Source: Octopus sinensis (lineage: Eukaryota). Taken from it: a DNA stretch of 64,000 nucleotides. The stretch spans positions 149,234,001 to 149,298,000 of the forward strand of contig NC_042998.1 of NCBI RefSeq assembly GCF_006345805.1. The letters run 5' to 3'. The notes below the pieces were generated by a model. The model was not told the DNA's origin, searched no databases, and saw only the letters and a program-made list of their open reading frames with translations. Shown piece by piece: positions 25,588 through 39,107 of the stretch. A program made the translations under genes and the position numbers. Numbering within the stretch: the stretch's first letter is position 1; every line of letters starts with the position of its first letter.

Positions 25588-27990
25588 TATTAGTCTTAGT
25601 TCCACCTGTTCTTAACGGTTCATTGGGCAACGAGTTGCTTCCACTGAGTGTGATCTGCTGGAGACGTTTTTGCATCAGTCCAAGTCAATTGCTGTTCCTC
25701 TCGGAGAGTACTGCACCAATTTTGAGGCAGCTTCCCTCTCCCTCGTTTGCTCTCAGCCGGTGTCCATGTCAATACAATGTGTGGTAGCCTGTGTTCCGCT
25801 AGCCATATTATATATCCAATGAATCGTAATCTTTGCCTTTTAACGATGTCTGATAGGTTGTCTAGCCCTGACCACCGTAATGTCCTCCTCATTGGATATG
25901 TAGTACCTCCACGATTTTCCAAGTATAACACGAATGCATCGCTTAAGGAAAACGTCCAATTTGTTGATGATGCTTACTGTGCTTTTACACGTTCCGCACA
26001 TATAGATAGCAGTAGGCACTACAATCGACATATAGAGATGGATTTTCACACCTTTGGTGATGGAATTATTGGACTGGACTGGCAAAGTCGTCTGAATACA
26101 CCTGAAGCTTGTCCAATACGGGCTTGTACATTACCTTTCGCGTCGCCATCATAGTGGATGGTTCTTACTAGATATTTGAAATTCGCTTTGCTTTTCAGAC
26201 TGTTGCTTCCAACTGTTACTGAAAGATTTATTGGCGTATTAGTGGTCGTACTTTTTGTCTTCTCACAGCCTGTGTGCATGCCCACTTTAACTGCATTGCT
26301 GTTGAGGTTATTGGTTAGTTGTTGCAGTACTTCAGGTGTGTGGTTAACAACCACGACAACTGCATAATCCATGTTACATAACCTCCCTTCATCCCATCTG
26401 ATCCCTGCCTGTGGGTGACAGGATGCATCCCTGTGTAGCCCAATAACAATATCGAACATCTCGGTGTTTCCGCCATTTATTCTGACACGACATTTATAAT
26501 GGAGGTACAGGGTTCAAAGCCTGCTGAAAGTGTTCAATCCATCTCTGATTCTGTTCTTCACTTGTTACTAGGATATGACCGTCCTTACTTTTAATCGGAA
26601 CACTGCTCTCACAGCGGCTTCTACTCAATTCTCTAACAATCCGGTAAAGTGTCTTGGTGTCGTTAGCATCCGCTGCCTCTTGTGCTTCTACTGTTTGTCC
26701 CCTAGCCACTTCCTCCTATCTTTGCGGCAGCTCTTTTTTATGTGTTTGTTCAACTCTTTGTATTTTACATCCTCTGTGCTCCACTTTATTTTGTTTTGGC
26801 CTGGTCCCTTATTGCTTCGACCTCTTGTCGACAAGTCTCCACGAGTTGTCTGTAATCCATCGTTCCCAGTGAGTTCCTCGTCTTCCGAGTACCTCATCTG
26901 CTTTCTCCCTCACAGCCCGCGTAAACATTATCCGCTGGTCTTCAATGTCATCTGCCTTTTCCAGTGCCTAGAATCTGCTTTGCAGTACCTCATGAAAAAT
27001 ATCTGCTATCCGTAGGTCTTTCAGTCTTTCTAATGCGTACGATCTCACTTTCTTTGCAACCTTGTTTTTCTTCAGCTTCCAGCAAACTTTTCCTATCACA
27101 AGATTGTGGTCAGATCCTACATCTGCTCCCTGGTAGATGCAAAAGTCTTGAAGGGAACTACGCTGCCTTGTGCTTATAAAGATATTGTCAGTTTCATTCC
27201 GTATGCTTCCATCAGGTGATGTCCACGTCATCTTGTGTATGCGTTTATGTCTGAAGATAGTGTTTCCGACACTAAGGTCACATGTGTTGCCGAGATTTAG
27301 CAATTTTTCTCTATGGCTGCTGATTTCATCTTGTAAGCCACGAAGGCTAATGATCGCCCCAATATCCTATCTGCCTGGGTTGATCATGGCATTGAAATCA
27401 CCTTTGACTAGTTTGAAGTCGAAACTAGAGGATTCGTCAATGACACTGTGTAGCTGCTTGTAAAATGCGTTCTTAATATGTTTCAGCTGAGTCTGTAGGG
27501 ACATAAATTTGCACTATGGTCACTTTTGCAATTCCAATGTTCAACCTAGTTGTGATTATTCGGTTGATAACTGGCTTCTATCCAATCAGTGCTTGTGATG
27601 CCTCCTTACATGTATAGGCTGGTCTTCATGCCCAGAGCACAGAACAGTCATCTCATTGCAGTGGAATTGCCCCTCTCCAGTCCATCTGATCTCGTTGGCA
27701 CCCATTACGTCTAGGCAATAGGCTTTCATTTCCTTTAGCGCCTGGTCCATGCGCCCCGCTTGAAATAAGATACAAAGTGCCTACTTTGATTATAGTTTTG
27801 ATATTGAAGATCTGGTTCGTCAGAGCTCGAGCTTCCTTACGGGTTCCCCCCGAACTCGATATACTCGCATCGGTAGATAATTTACCACCCTTTCTTCGCC
27901 TCTGTATATAGCTGTTATTGTGACTCATCGTTTCCATAGCAGGTGTTTCTTTTACAAGGTGGGGTTGCTAGCTCTAGGCTCAAACCTAAA
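25588..27990 (-). mobile_element. RTE-clade LINE with 5' UTR, AP endonuclease, deleted RT and 3' tail
   Basis: EN motifs NTIFRHKRIHKMTWTSPDG and GADVGSDHNLV; QRWIEHF; QGCILSP; GIRW...MDYA; RLRFIGY...RGRGK; tail ggaactaagactaa; 5' ctagcaaccccaccttgtaaa. Confidence 0.9.
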
Positions 27991-28557
27991 AAAAAGCCAG
28001 AGAGTCAATTGTGGTCTGTTTGGAGTCGGAGTTTGCCAGCTTCAAGATGGTCTGCTTTCACGTAGATGAGAGCATCATTTGCCCTATTCGGCAAAGCTTA
28101 TTTAAAGCGACCTTTTCCCGCCTAATCACAGTACTGTTATAGAGCTTTTGAAACTTTTGTAAGCCCATTGCTACCACACAATGGCCCACTGTACCTTGAC
28201 GATCCACTGCAGTTGTTGGCCCGCGAAGCTAATTCGGCAGACCTGTGTCTATGTATTTTGCAGTTGTCCCACATATATGAGGGGAAATTTCACTATCCGC
28301 CACCTATTGCTGTGTCCGGGACGAGTCAGCTTTGGTTCACCAGTCAATATATGTAGTATGTATTTGATAAGAGGTTCACTCAGAGCCACATTGCTTAAAA
28401 TGGCATAGGTGCCGATGAGTGTCTAGGTTATCGGTCTGGTAGTTTCGTGTTATATCACCTCAAATTTATGTGTCATGACACCCCAATTATACATACATAC
28501 ATACATACATACATACATACATACATACATACATACATACGTACATACGTACATACG

Positions 28558-28609
<52 letters not shown>

Positions 28610-28613
<4 letters not shown>

Positions 28614-28930
28614 GATGACGATGATGGCCGTCCACTCGTTGCCGAGGAGGACTATTGCTGACTTTCAGGAACATTGTACGCTCTAGGATTAACTTATATT
28701 TTGCATTTGCGACTCCGTTGGTGGCTAACGAGCCCTGCTCTTGACAAGCATACATGACTGCAAACATCGCAAACCAAGCTTTCCCCATTCACTACACCAG
28801 GAGTGCGTTTTAGAGCAGCACACTTAAGTTATTCATGCTGAATACGTGCTCTCTCAAAGGTGTCGACCCCCTCCTTAACCTGCTTCCTCCATCTGTGGCG
28901 ATAACAGGCATTGCTCTCCCAGTCAGTCTC
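28610..28930 (-). mobile_element. RTE (BovB-like) 3' fragment with C-terminal zinc-finger-like motif
   Basis: WESNACYRHRWRKQVKEG then CDVCSHVCLSRAGLVSHQRSR-stop; tail gagtggacggccatcatcgtcatc. Confidence 0.75.
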
Positions 28931-30308
28931 CTGCGTATCACTGGCCTTTAATGAGTACTTGACACAGTCCTAAAATCGCATACATACATACATACATACA
29001 TACAAACATACATAAACATATGCATACACATGCATTTTAATAACTGTACATTCCTATATCGCCAAAGTAATAAAATATGCATCTGTATTTGTGTATGTGT
29101 ATATATAAATATATATATATGTCTACGAATGTGTGCAACTGCGTGTGGGTGTATAATCTTTGACTGATGGGTGTATACATTTTTGACTGATTCATAGCGG
29201 TGAACAAAGTGTAAATTCTCGCGTAAAAAGTGGCAAACCGGTTCACAAAAAATCCCGATTTGCATTCATCCTATTCCATTAGTAAAGAAATACACTCTTC
29301 AATAATTCTGGTCACAGTAAATATTATGAATCTTTGAATGTATCATTGGAAACCTAAATCCATCGTCAATATTATTCTCAAAATACGGGATATACAAGAA
29401 AAGAAGAAAATTACAATGTTGATGGTAATATGATGAACGTGGTAGTGATTATGATCGTTATGGTTTTGTTCATGCTAGTAGAGATAAGGATGATGGTGTT
29501 AATGGTAGTATCGATAGCAGTAGATGACTGTTATTGTTGTTGTTTGTGGTGGTGGTGGTGGTGATGGTGGTGTTAGTTGCAGTGATCATGGAGTTAATTA
29601 TTATATTTTTCGTATCGATACCAAATCTTTCCATTATTTTACGCAATCATGCACCTTCCTTATGTTATTTCTCAAATCACCCAAACGACAAGGACAATTG
29701 AACAATGAATAAACCAGCTGGTGTGTTAATGGAGGTGGTACTAGTGTTGTTGGTGGTGATTGTGGTGATGGCGGTGGTGGAGTTGGTATTGGTCATGGAG
29801 ATGTGTTGGTGGTGGAGATGGTATTGTGGTGATGGCGTTTCTGGAGATGCTGTTGTTGTTGTTATTGGTGGTGGTAGTTATGATGGTGGTGATTGTGGTA
29901 GAGTTGGAGATGGTGTTGTTGTTGCTGTTAACGGTTGAGGCAGTGTTGTTGGTGACTGTGGCGGTGGTGATTGTGTTTATAATGGTGGGAACATTAAAAG
30001 TAGATGACAACTGCTTTTGTTGTTGTTGGAATTGTAGTGTTCATAATTGTATTAGAAGTGATCGTTGTTGTTGTAATTGAGGGGATGGGTTTGGTGTTAA
30101 TGATGGTGGGGAATATAATTGTATTGTCTGTTGTGGTGATGATGTTGATGATGGTACTGATGTTGGTGTTGGTGGCAAGTTAATGCTAGTGGTGATGATG
30201 ATGACGGCGGTGATAAAGTTGATAGTAGTTATGGTAGTAGTAGAAATGGTGGTGGTGGTGGTAGATGATTACAGAGTAGTACTAATAAAAGTGGTGATGG
30301 TGGGGGTA

Positions 30309-30309
<1 letters not shown>

Positions 30310-30381
<72 letters not shown>

Positions 30382-30410
30382 CATCATCATTATTATTATT
30401 ATTATTATTG

Positions 30411-30509
<99 letters not shown>

Positions 30510-30555
30510 CATCATCATTATTATTATTATTATTGTTATTATTATTATTATTATA

Positions 30556-30611
<56 letters not shown>

Positions 30612-30614
30612 CAT

Positions 30615-30647
<33 letters not shown>

Positions 30648-30660
30648 CAGCAGCAGCAGC
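30310..30660. repeat. (TAT)n/(TAG)n/(CAG)n microsatellite
   Basis: Direct reading. Confidence 0.95.
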
Positions 30661-31314
30661 AAATTGTCTTGGCTATTAATTTTGCTGTTGTTTTTACTAC
30701 TGCTTCTATTGATGTTGGATGCGATAAACAACGGCTTGTGGCGCTGTTATACATTGTATCTGCCGTTAGTATTGTTATCTGATGCTGTTGAGATTGTTGT
30801 GTATCTTTACCGACATCCCCAGCTCAATATATCCAAACACGAGCAAACAAGGGTGCTTCTTCTACAAGGTCATCAAACTGCTAGAAATTACAGCTAGATC
30901 TCACACAAATTGCATCCTATCGTCATGTCAAGGACGCTTTGAGTCATCTAGTGCACGGTTTCCTCTACATAGAAAAATACGTGATGGTCAGAGCCAGAAT
31001 GTCTTTGATCATTGGTTTGATTCATCAAGGCTGACTTGAGCTAAAAAAAAAAAACAACATTCATATCCAAACAACGAATATTTAGGCACCACTGTTTCCG
31101 TACGTTTGTTTGTTTATTTATTGATTGTTTCACTGATGATACATGCATTTCTGTAACTATCAAACTTAAGAAGTTTAGTTTTGGCTTTTGTAATATCTAA
31201 CTGTTCGAATATTAAATATAAGAACGCGGGTATAATCAACGTGTCTGCTCCGGAGAGAAGGCCAGGTAATAGCTATAGGAGAAACGAGTGAAAACATTCA
31301 TAAACATGACTAAA

Positions 31315-31455
31315 TTATGTGGTTAGAAGCTTGCTTCCCAACCACATGGATCAAGTTTCAGGGCACCTTGGACAGGTTTCTTTAACTATAGCCTCAGGCC
31401 GACCAAATCATTATCAGTGGATTTCGTAGACGGAAACTGAAAGAAGCCCGTCGTA
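31315..31455 (+). mobile_element. SINE family 1, 5' fragment
   Basis: gtggttagaagcttgcttcccaaccacatgg...gtagacggaaactgaaagaagcccgtcg. Confidence 0.8.
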
Positions 31456-31558
31456 TATATATAGTTAATCCAAACATGAACAAGCAACAGAAAATAACAA
31501 CGCGAGGACGTGGAATAAAAACAGTGTTATTGGACGCTCAGGAATGAAAAGAAAAAGG

Positions 31559-31593
31559 ATTTCACGTTTCGAGCGGAGCTCTTTATCAGAAAT
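31559..31593 (-). ncRNA. Degenerate minimal hammerhead-like motif (same design as 18065-18100)
   Basis: ATTT-CTGATAA-A-GAGC(tcc)GCTC-GAAAC-GTG-AAAT. Confidence 0.4.
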
Positions 31594-31896
31594 ATAGAAA
31601 AAGTCCAAAGAAGGGAAGACGGAGAAAGAAAATCGCCAACGATACTCACGCGGACATACTGAAATGACCGGAAGGGACTGGGTGAATAGAATGTTCCTTC
31701 AAATACAGGAGAGTGCAAGGGAAGGAGGTACGTGTGTGTAAGTGTGGGTATGTGCGTGTGTGTAATAATAGCACGTGTGTGTGTGCGTGTGTGTGAGTGT
31801 GGTTGTGGCTGTTTATGTATGTGTGTGGTTGGACTTAGTATCGTTTAAGGTCATAGGAAGAATTTATAGTAAGAATTTTCGTAGGTGTGGCTGTCT

Positions 31897-31924
<28 letters not shown>

Positions 31925-31930
<6 letters not shown>

Positions 31931-32095
31931 TCTTTTACTCTTTTTCTTGTTTCAGTCCCTTGACAGCGGCCATGCTGGAGCACCACCTTTAGTCGAGCAA
32001 ATCGACCCAGGACTTATTCTTTGTAAGTCTAGCACTTATTCTATCGGTCGCTTTTGCCGAAGGGACGTAAACACACCACCATCGGCTGTCAAGTA
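31925..32095 (-). mobile_element. SINE family 1, 3' fragment
   Basis: gcggccatgctggagcaccacctttagtcgagcaaatcgacc. Confidence 0.8.
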
Positions 32096-33225
32096 AAATA
32101 AGTAGAAAATAAGAATCATGGCCACACACGCTAACCTTTTCTTGCCTCTACTTATCAACGCATGTTTCTTCTTGTAATCTTTACATAAGACAGCACCCTC
32201 TCAGATTTGCACATATATACATACTTACACAGACACGCGCGTGTGTGTGGGCATCACTAGATCCTGCATAACACCATACTCTGATCTCGGTTACGGAGTT
32301 ATCTGGTCTTTTCATTACATTTTGAAATGGATAATATCAGGCGAAAGATGTATAAAAAGCATTGGAGTAAGTTAGAGAAAATGGTTGACATAGATTAAAA
32401 TAGTAAAGAGACAATATTTTGAGAACTAAGGATCTTAGAAAGAACGAAATGGTTTTGGTTTTGTAGACTTTCGGAAGAGAACAGTCTGTTGCCTATGGGA
32501 GTGTAAAAAATGAAGGGCGAAAGAGAAGATAAGAAACAACCGTTACACTTAGCTGATCTTCAAGTCTTTTTGGTAAGTCCCGAAATCGTAGACACAGAAT
32601 AATCTCAATGCATAGACTAATGAAAATATTTGAGAGACTGCTTCGACTGTTCAGCGTTTTCATGAATATGATAGACAAATTCCTTAAGCTGGGTCGAGTA
32701 AAAGATGAAAGAAGGGATAGATGCAGTAACGTTATAAAAGTGATCAATCACATAATTCATCATAAGTCTCACTTGTTCGTTACATAAATGTCCCTATTAA
32801 ATATTGTAGTGCTATACTGCGCTAATGAGGACAAAAGCGATATTTTTAGCCTCTGTTAATATTTTTGCAGTTGAAGTTGTACCAGTGCAAGTCATCTCGA
32901 GTAAATATATGGTCGGTTCGATAACTTGGAATGATATCGACTCTCCTTGGAATGTAGTATGGAATATCTTAGGTCTTCTTCTTTTCAGTGTTCAACTTTC
33001 TGCTAAGTGTACTTTAGTTATTGATCTAAATACTGATAGCTGTCTGTCTCATTGTCTGTCTTTCACAGACTCATCTTTAATTCGATAATCCTAGATAGGT
33101 ATCTGTCACTGGACTTCTTCGTTGATTAACCAATCAGATTAAGAACTGCATTTGCACGTTTTACGAACACTACATTGTTATCACTAAATATTTGACTTTT
33201 TTTTTACCAAGTCGCATTTTTATGC

Positions 33226-33265
<40 letters not shown>

Positions 33266-33944
33266 ATCAAAACGCCTACTAAGTGCAAACGTAAACAGGC
33301 CTGACATAGTTATTTGTGAGTAAAAAGAAGTCATATACAGTCATAGATGTTAGCTGTCGTCAAATTGAGAACCTCTCTTCGAAAATCATTAAGAAAAGGA
33401 AATTTAAGAACTGCTACGATCTGTAAATTTCTCTAACCTAATTATAAATATTCGTTTATATTCATAATTATTGTTGAACTCAGTTACGTTAGAAAAATAT
33501 AATCGACAGTCTGGAGAATCCCAGGCTTTAAAGCAAATTAAGATACAGGCTAACATGAAATTACAAATAAAATCTGTAAGCACAAGAGTAAAAATATGCA
33601 AGATTTTCCGAAAGTTGGATACATAATAATCATCGTTGTTGTTATTCAAATTTTAGCGATGGATATCTTGTTTCTTTGTCAGAATCTAATTCCTTTTTAG
33701 GAAGAATACCAATAAAGAAAAGGAAAAAAAGTATTTGCACATACATGCACACACACACATATGCACACACACACGAATACACACACATACACACACATAC
33801 ACACACACTCACGAACACACACATACAGAAATAAATAAAATTACATGGTTACATATATATGTATATAGATAAATATATATATGTATATAGACAATATATA
33901 TATATGTATATAGATAATATATGTATATAGACAGTATATATATA

Positions 33945-33988
<44 letters not shown>

Positions 33989-34680
33989 CATAGACAAACA
34001 TTCATACATATGTTCATACGTTCATACATATAAATCTATATAGGTTAATATATATATATATATATATATTCATACGTAACTGTATAACTGTATATTTATG
34101 GGTGTATCTATATAGATATACATGTGTATATCATGTGATCCGTATTATCTTTCTTCGCCGGGAGCGCGTTGTCTTATGTTCTATTGAATATTTACATGTA
34201 TTTGCTGAAATACAATGGATCACATGCTAGAAGCGGAGGCGGAAGTGAGATATACAATATACAACACAACACATCCCAGTTTCGATGGCCAAATACCAAT
34301 ATGGCGACCAAGCAAGATAAAAGGAACACATTTCTCTTTTACAGAGAATACAATATCACTGCTAACTCTATCCAAATATTGTTATTATAATCCAAAATGT
34401 ATATATACACGCATGCATACATGCATACATACATACATACATACATACATACATACATACATACATACATACATACATACATACATACATACATGCATAC
34501 TTACATACATACATACAGACACATACATACATATATTCACACTACATTCATATATATATGTGTGTGTGCGCGTGTGTATGTATATTATATATAAATAATA
34601 TAAATATATAATACATTATATATAAATATATATATATATATTATATATATATACATATATATAATATGCATATAACTATA

Positions 34681-34725
<45 letters not shown>

Positions 34726-34845
34726 ATATATATATATATATGAGACAATAAAGATGTAATATGGTTTGATATGTATATATTTATATGTATGTATACGTAT
34801 ATGTGTATCTGTATGTGTGTGCGTGCGTGTGTATGTATGTATGTA

Positions 34846-34879
<34 letters not shown>

Positions 34880-35360
34880 TGTTTGTATTGCACTGCCATA
34901 TTGTACTGCATTCAGAATGAATTGTATTCACATGAGATGAAAGCGGTACGAGAGGCAGGTACACTATTAGCTAGTATTCTCATGGGTTCAGCAGTGTGTA
35001 TATAGATCATGTTTGGTTGGGTTCCGCAAGAAAACGTATTTGGGGAAAAACAAAAGTTTGAAATGTCTCCAGATAGTCGAATATCGATGGCGTAGAGTGA
35101 GGGAATTTTTGTTAGATTTTTTCTTTTAGTTTTTTTTTTCTGTTTTCAGTTTACGTAATCTCTTGTTCTGCCCAAAATATTCTCTGAATTTTCGTCAAGT
35201 GTCGCATACGTCCCTGCCGTCAAAAAATAGATACCACATAAGACCCAAAATCCAGAATATATATGAATGTGTATGTGTATATGTGTGCGTCAGAGTGTGA
35301 TACTTATATACATATATAGATAATACGCTCATACATGTATGTATATATATATATACATGT

Positions 35361-35428
<68 letters not shown>

Positions 35429-36250
35429 TATATAAACACACACACACACACACACACACCACACATATATATTATACAATATAATATATATATATATATA
35501 TATATACATATATATAGCCAGAATGATGTAAAACACAATCATGATGGGAGTAACTACTACAGCAGAACTTTAGAGAACAAGAAAAATATCGAAAATACGA
35601 TTTTTGATTTCTGTTTTTTTTTATTTATTTATTTATTTATTTATTTATTTGTCTTTCTTGTTTTGCAAAGATGATAAAAGACGAAGTTGTGTTTTGGGTA
35701 TGAAAATATCAACAAGAACTAAAAAATTGTAACAACAATATTAACAGCAGCGGCAGAAAAAAAAGTAACAAAAAAATATAACAAAAATCACCAGCAAAGA
35801 CATAAAATAGCAGCAGCAGTAACAACAACAACAAAAACAACAATAGCAAAAGCAAAAATGACAGCAACAACTACAAGAGAAACATTAAAACACGAACACT
35901 AACGGTGATGTCAATTATTTCATCGTAAATTTAATAACAGCAGCAGCAGCAGTAGTAGTAGTAGTGTAGTAGTAGTAGTGGTGGTGGTGGTGGTGGTGAT
36001 GGTGGTTTGATGCGAATTGCCGTTGATGGAGTTGGGTGATGGTGGCAGAGTGGTAGACTTTTGCTAGATTGGTAGTGGTAGTGGTGTTGACTTCCTTACT
36101 TGACAGGAAGACCAACTAAATGGAATAAACATAATAATACAATAATGTAGAGAAAACGCTGAAGTGTGTGTGAGTGAGTGTGTGTTTGTACAAATACATA
36201 CATACATACATACATACATACATACATACATACATAATACATATATACAC

Positions 36251-36304
<54 letters not shown>

Positions 36305-36659
36305 CTGTATATAGATATATATATATGTAAAAATGTGACTGTTTTTTATCGAAAATGGAGACGAACACCATTCCTCCGTGTGACGGGCTTGAAAAATTGC
36401 TCATATATTAAGATATTATTCTTAACATGAAACCAATAGCAGCCTTACTACAAAAGAAATTCTATCTACCAATGCGGTGTTGAGCACTCATTTTCATCAC
36501 TCGACATTTACGTATATATATATATTTAACAGGTTCTGTATGTTCTGAAAATGTAAGTTTTCCAAACAAAGTTCACTTCATATTCAAGGCTCTGATGAAG
36601 CTATAAGATGCTATCCTGCTACTCAACTAAAAGTCCATATCACCTAATAGCAGAAACAG

Positions 36660-36780
36660 ATGTAAGCTAATGAAGTTCATGACATAACATTTGTTTTTTT
36701 TTCGGTGTCATTTCTTTGTTTTCTATTACCGCTCTATACTCTAACATTGTGTTCTGAACCATCAGTATACTGAGTTCTAC
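36660..36780 (-). mobile_element. Possible mariner N-terminal remnant
   Basis: MLEYRAVIENKEMTPK resembles the mariner start MEKxEYRAVIKFL..KGMTPK. Confidence 0.3.
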
Positions 36781-37328
36781 ACCAGCTTCTGTATATTGAG
36801 TTCTATGCGCATATATATATAGCTTAGTGCTATAGGAGTGTGATCTAGATTCCTGGACAGGGTGCTGTGTACTGGAGTACAATACTTCATTTCGCGCTGG
36901 CTCCACTCAACTGGCAACAATGAGTTATCCTGCGACAGACCAGCGGGAAAATCGGCCTTATATACCTAAATGACTCATGAAGGAGCTTTTTATATATACA
37001 CATACGTATAGGTATGTGTATATATACCTATACGTATATATACGCTGTGGGTCAAGTCGATGCAGAAGAAGAGCTATGTTGTCCCAATTGTTCGATGTGG
37101 AACTTGAATGAGCTGAAATTCCAGAAAATATTATTTCAAATTTTTACACAAAGGTAGCAATTTCAGGGGAGGGGATGAATCGATTACATTGACCCTAGTG
37201 TCCAACTGGTACTAATTTTTTGCAACCACGAAATGATGAAAGGCAAAGTCGACTTCGGCGGAATTGGAACAGTGGAAAAATCTTAAAGAAGCAACATATT
37301 CTCCTTCACTTGAAGGTCTTATACCCAC

Positions 37329-37422
37329 GGGCATATAGCGTAGTGGTTAAGAGCGCAGGCTACTAATTCCAAGATTCCAAGTTCGATTCTAGGCAGTGAC
37401 CTGAAAAATAAAAATAATAATG

Positions 37423-37509
<87 letters not shown>

Positions 37510-37605
37510 GTATTAAAAATAATAACAACAACAACAACAACATCGAAATGAGAACCTTAGGAATGAGAACCCAGGTTCGAAATTTCCCCAAGACACCTGA
37601 TGAAG
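37329..37605 (+). mobile_element. tRNA-derived SINE, family 3, with internal (AAT)n, ending at CTGATGAAGG
   Basis: A-box tagcgtagtgg, B-box gttcgattc, (AAT)n spacer, then gagaacccaggttcgaaatttccccaagacacctgatgaagg. Confidence 0.75.
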
Positions 37606-37894
37606 GGTCAAAACAGCATTTCACCCAACCCAATCAGCCACAGGAAAAACTTTCATGCTAAGGAGCCTCGCTCTGCTGCCTCCCAGACCCCGGAGTTTCC
37701 TCTATCCACTCAGGTTTTATTCCGAGTGGCGACCCACAGACCCAAGATCTTGTCAACTTCCTCCCACAATACGTTCGAAGTAACAAAATTTTATTGTCCT
37801 CCAGGGGCTGGCTCGCAAAAATGCGAGCCTCCTCAGGGGTATCAAATAGCGACCACCCTGGAGATGAAGAGTTGGCAAATACTCTTATTTCTTT

Positions 37895-38010
37895 ATTGCC
37901 CACAAGGGGCTAAACATAGAGGGGACAAACAAGGACAGACAAATGAATTAAGTCTATTAGATCGACCCCAGTGCGTAACTGGTACTTAATTTATCGACCC
38001 CGAAAGGATG
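37895..38010 (-). mobile_element. SINE family 2, 3' fragment
   Basis: gatcgaccccagtgcgtaactggtacttaatttatcgaccccgaaagg. Confidence 0.75.
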
Positions 38011-38235
38011 TATATGTTTGTGTGTGTGTGTGTTTGTTCCCTCCAACATCGCTTGACAACCGATGCTGCTGAGTTTACGTCCCCGTAACTTAGCGGTTCG
38101 GCAAAAGGTTCTGATAGAATAAGTACTAGGCTTACAAAGAATAAGTCCTGGGGATGATTTGCTCAACTAAAAGCATTGCTCAAACATGGCCGCAGTCAAA
38201 TGATTGAAACAAGTAAAAGAGTAAAAGAATAAAAG
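38010..38235 (+). mobile_element. SINE family 1, 3' half
   Basis: catcgcttgacaaccgatgctg...cggttcggcaaaagg...caagtaaaagagtaaaag. Confidence 0.8.
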
Positions 38236-38754
38236 AATATATATATATATATTGTACGCTTAACCATTTCTCTTATATTGAATGAAATATGGGTGAAAAT
38301 ATGTCAATGCTGGTTGTTGTTATTGTTGTTGACATTGGTGGTGGTGGTGCGTGGGGGTGTGGGTGGGGATGAGAGGGTGCTGGTGGGTGTTGGTGGTGAT
38401 GGTGATAGTGATTGTAAGGTTGCTGTTATTGGTTGTAGACAAGAAGATTTTGTCTTCTATTATGATTCCAGTGTTGGTGTCTGCTGAAGCATTGAAGATA
38501 TGAAGAAAAATAAAAAAAGAAAGAAAAACGAAAAAGCAAAACAACTCGCTGCTTTTCATAAGAATATCACGATCTAGTATGACGTCATAACGGTGATAAT
38601 GGCGATAATTAGAAAAAAATATTTCTAAAGGAGATAGCAAGATATAGAAGGACAAGAATTTTAGTAAATGAATTCTTTCTTTACCATTCTTACAGCAAAC
38701 GCAGGCACACACACACACATGCGCGCTGAACGAACGCACGTATTATATATATAT

Positions 38755-38786
<32 letters not shown>

Positions 38787-39067
38787 CATATACATGTATA
38801 TTCATATAATATATATATATGTATATATATCTATAACATATTTACATATGTGTATGTGTGAGTGTATGTGTGTGTGTGAGTATATGTGTGTGTGTATGTG
38901 TGTAAGTTTGCTTGTGCAAACAGGATTAATACAGCTCAAAACAACAGTATATATTTATATTTATATCTATTTTTATTTTGCAATCTTCTCATTAACATAC
39001 ATATGTGTGTGTGTGTGTGTGTATGTGTGTACGCTTATTCGCACGTGTGTGCGTGTGTATATGGGTG

Positions 39068-39107
<40 letters not shown>

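Noticed and set aside
37329-37400. tRNA gene at SINE heads (also 3404, 4284, 11089)
   Set aside because: A/B boxes are present but there is no complete cloverleaf or T-run terminator, and each continues into a repeated SINE body
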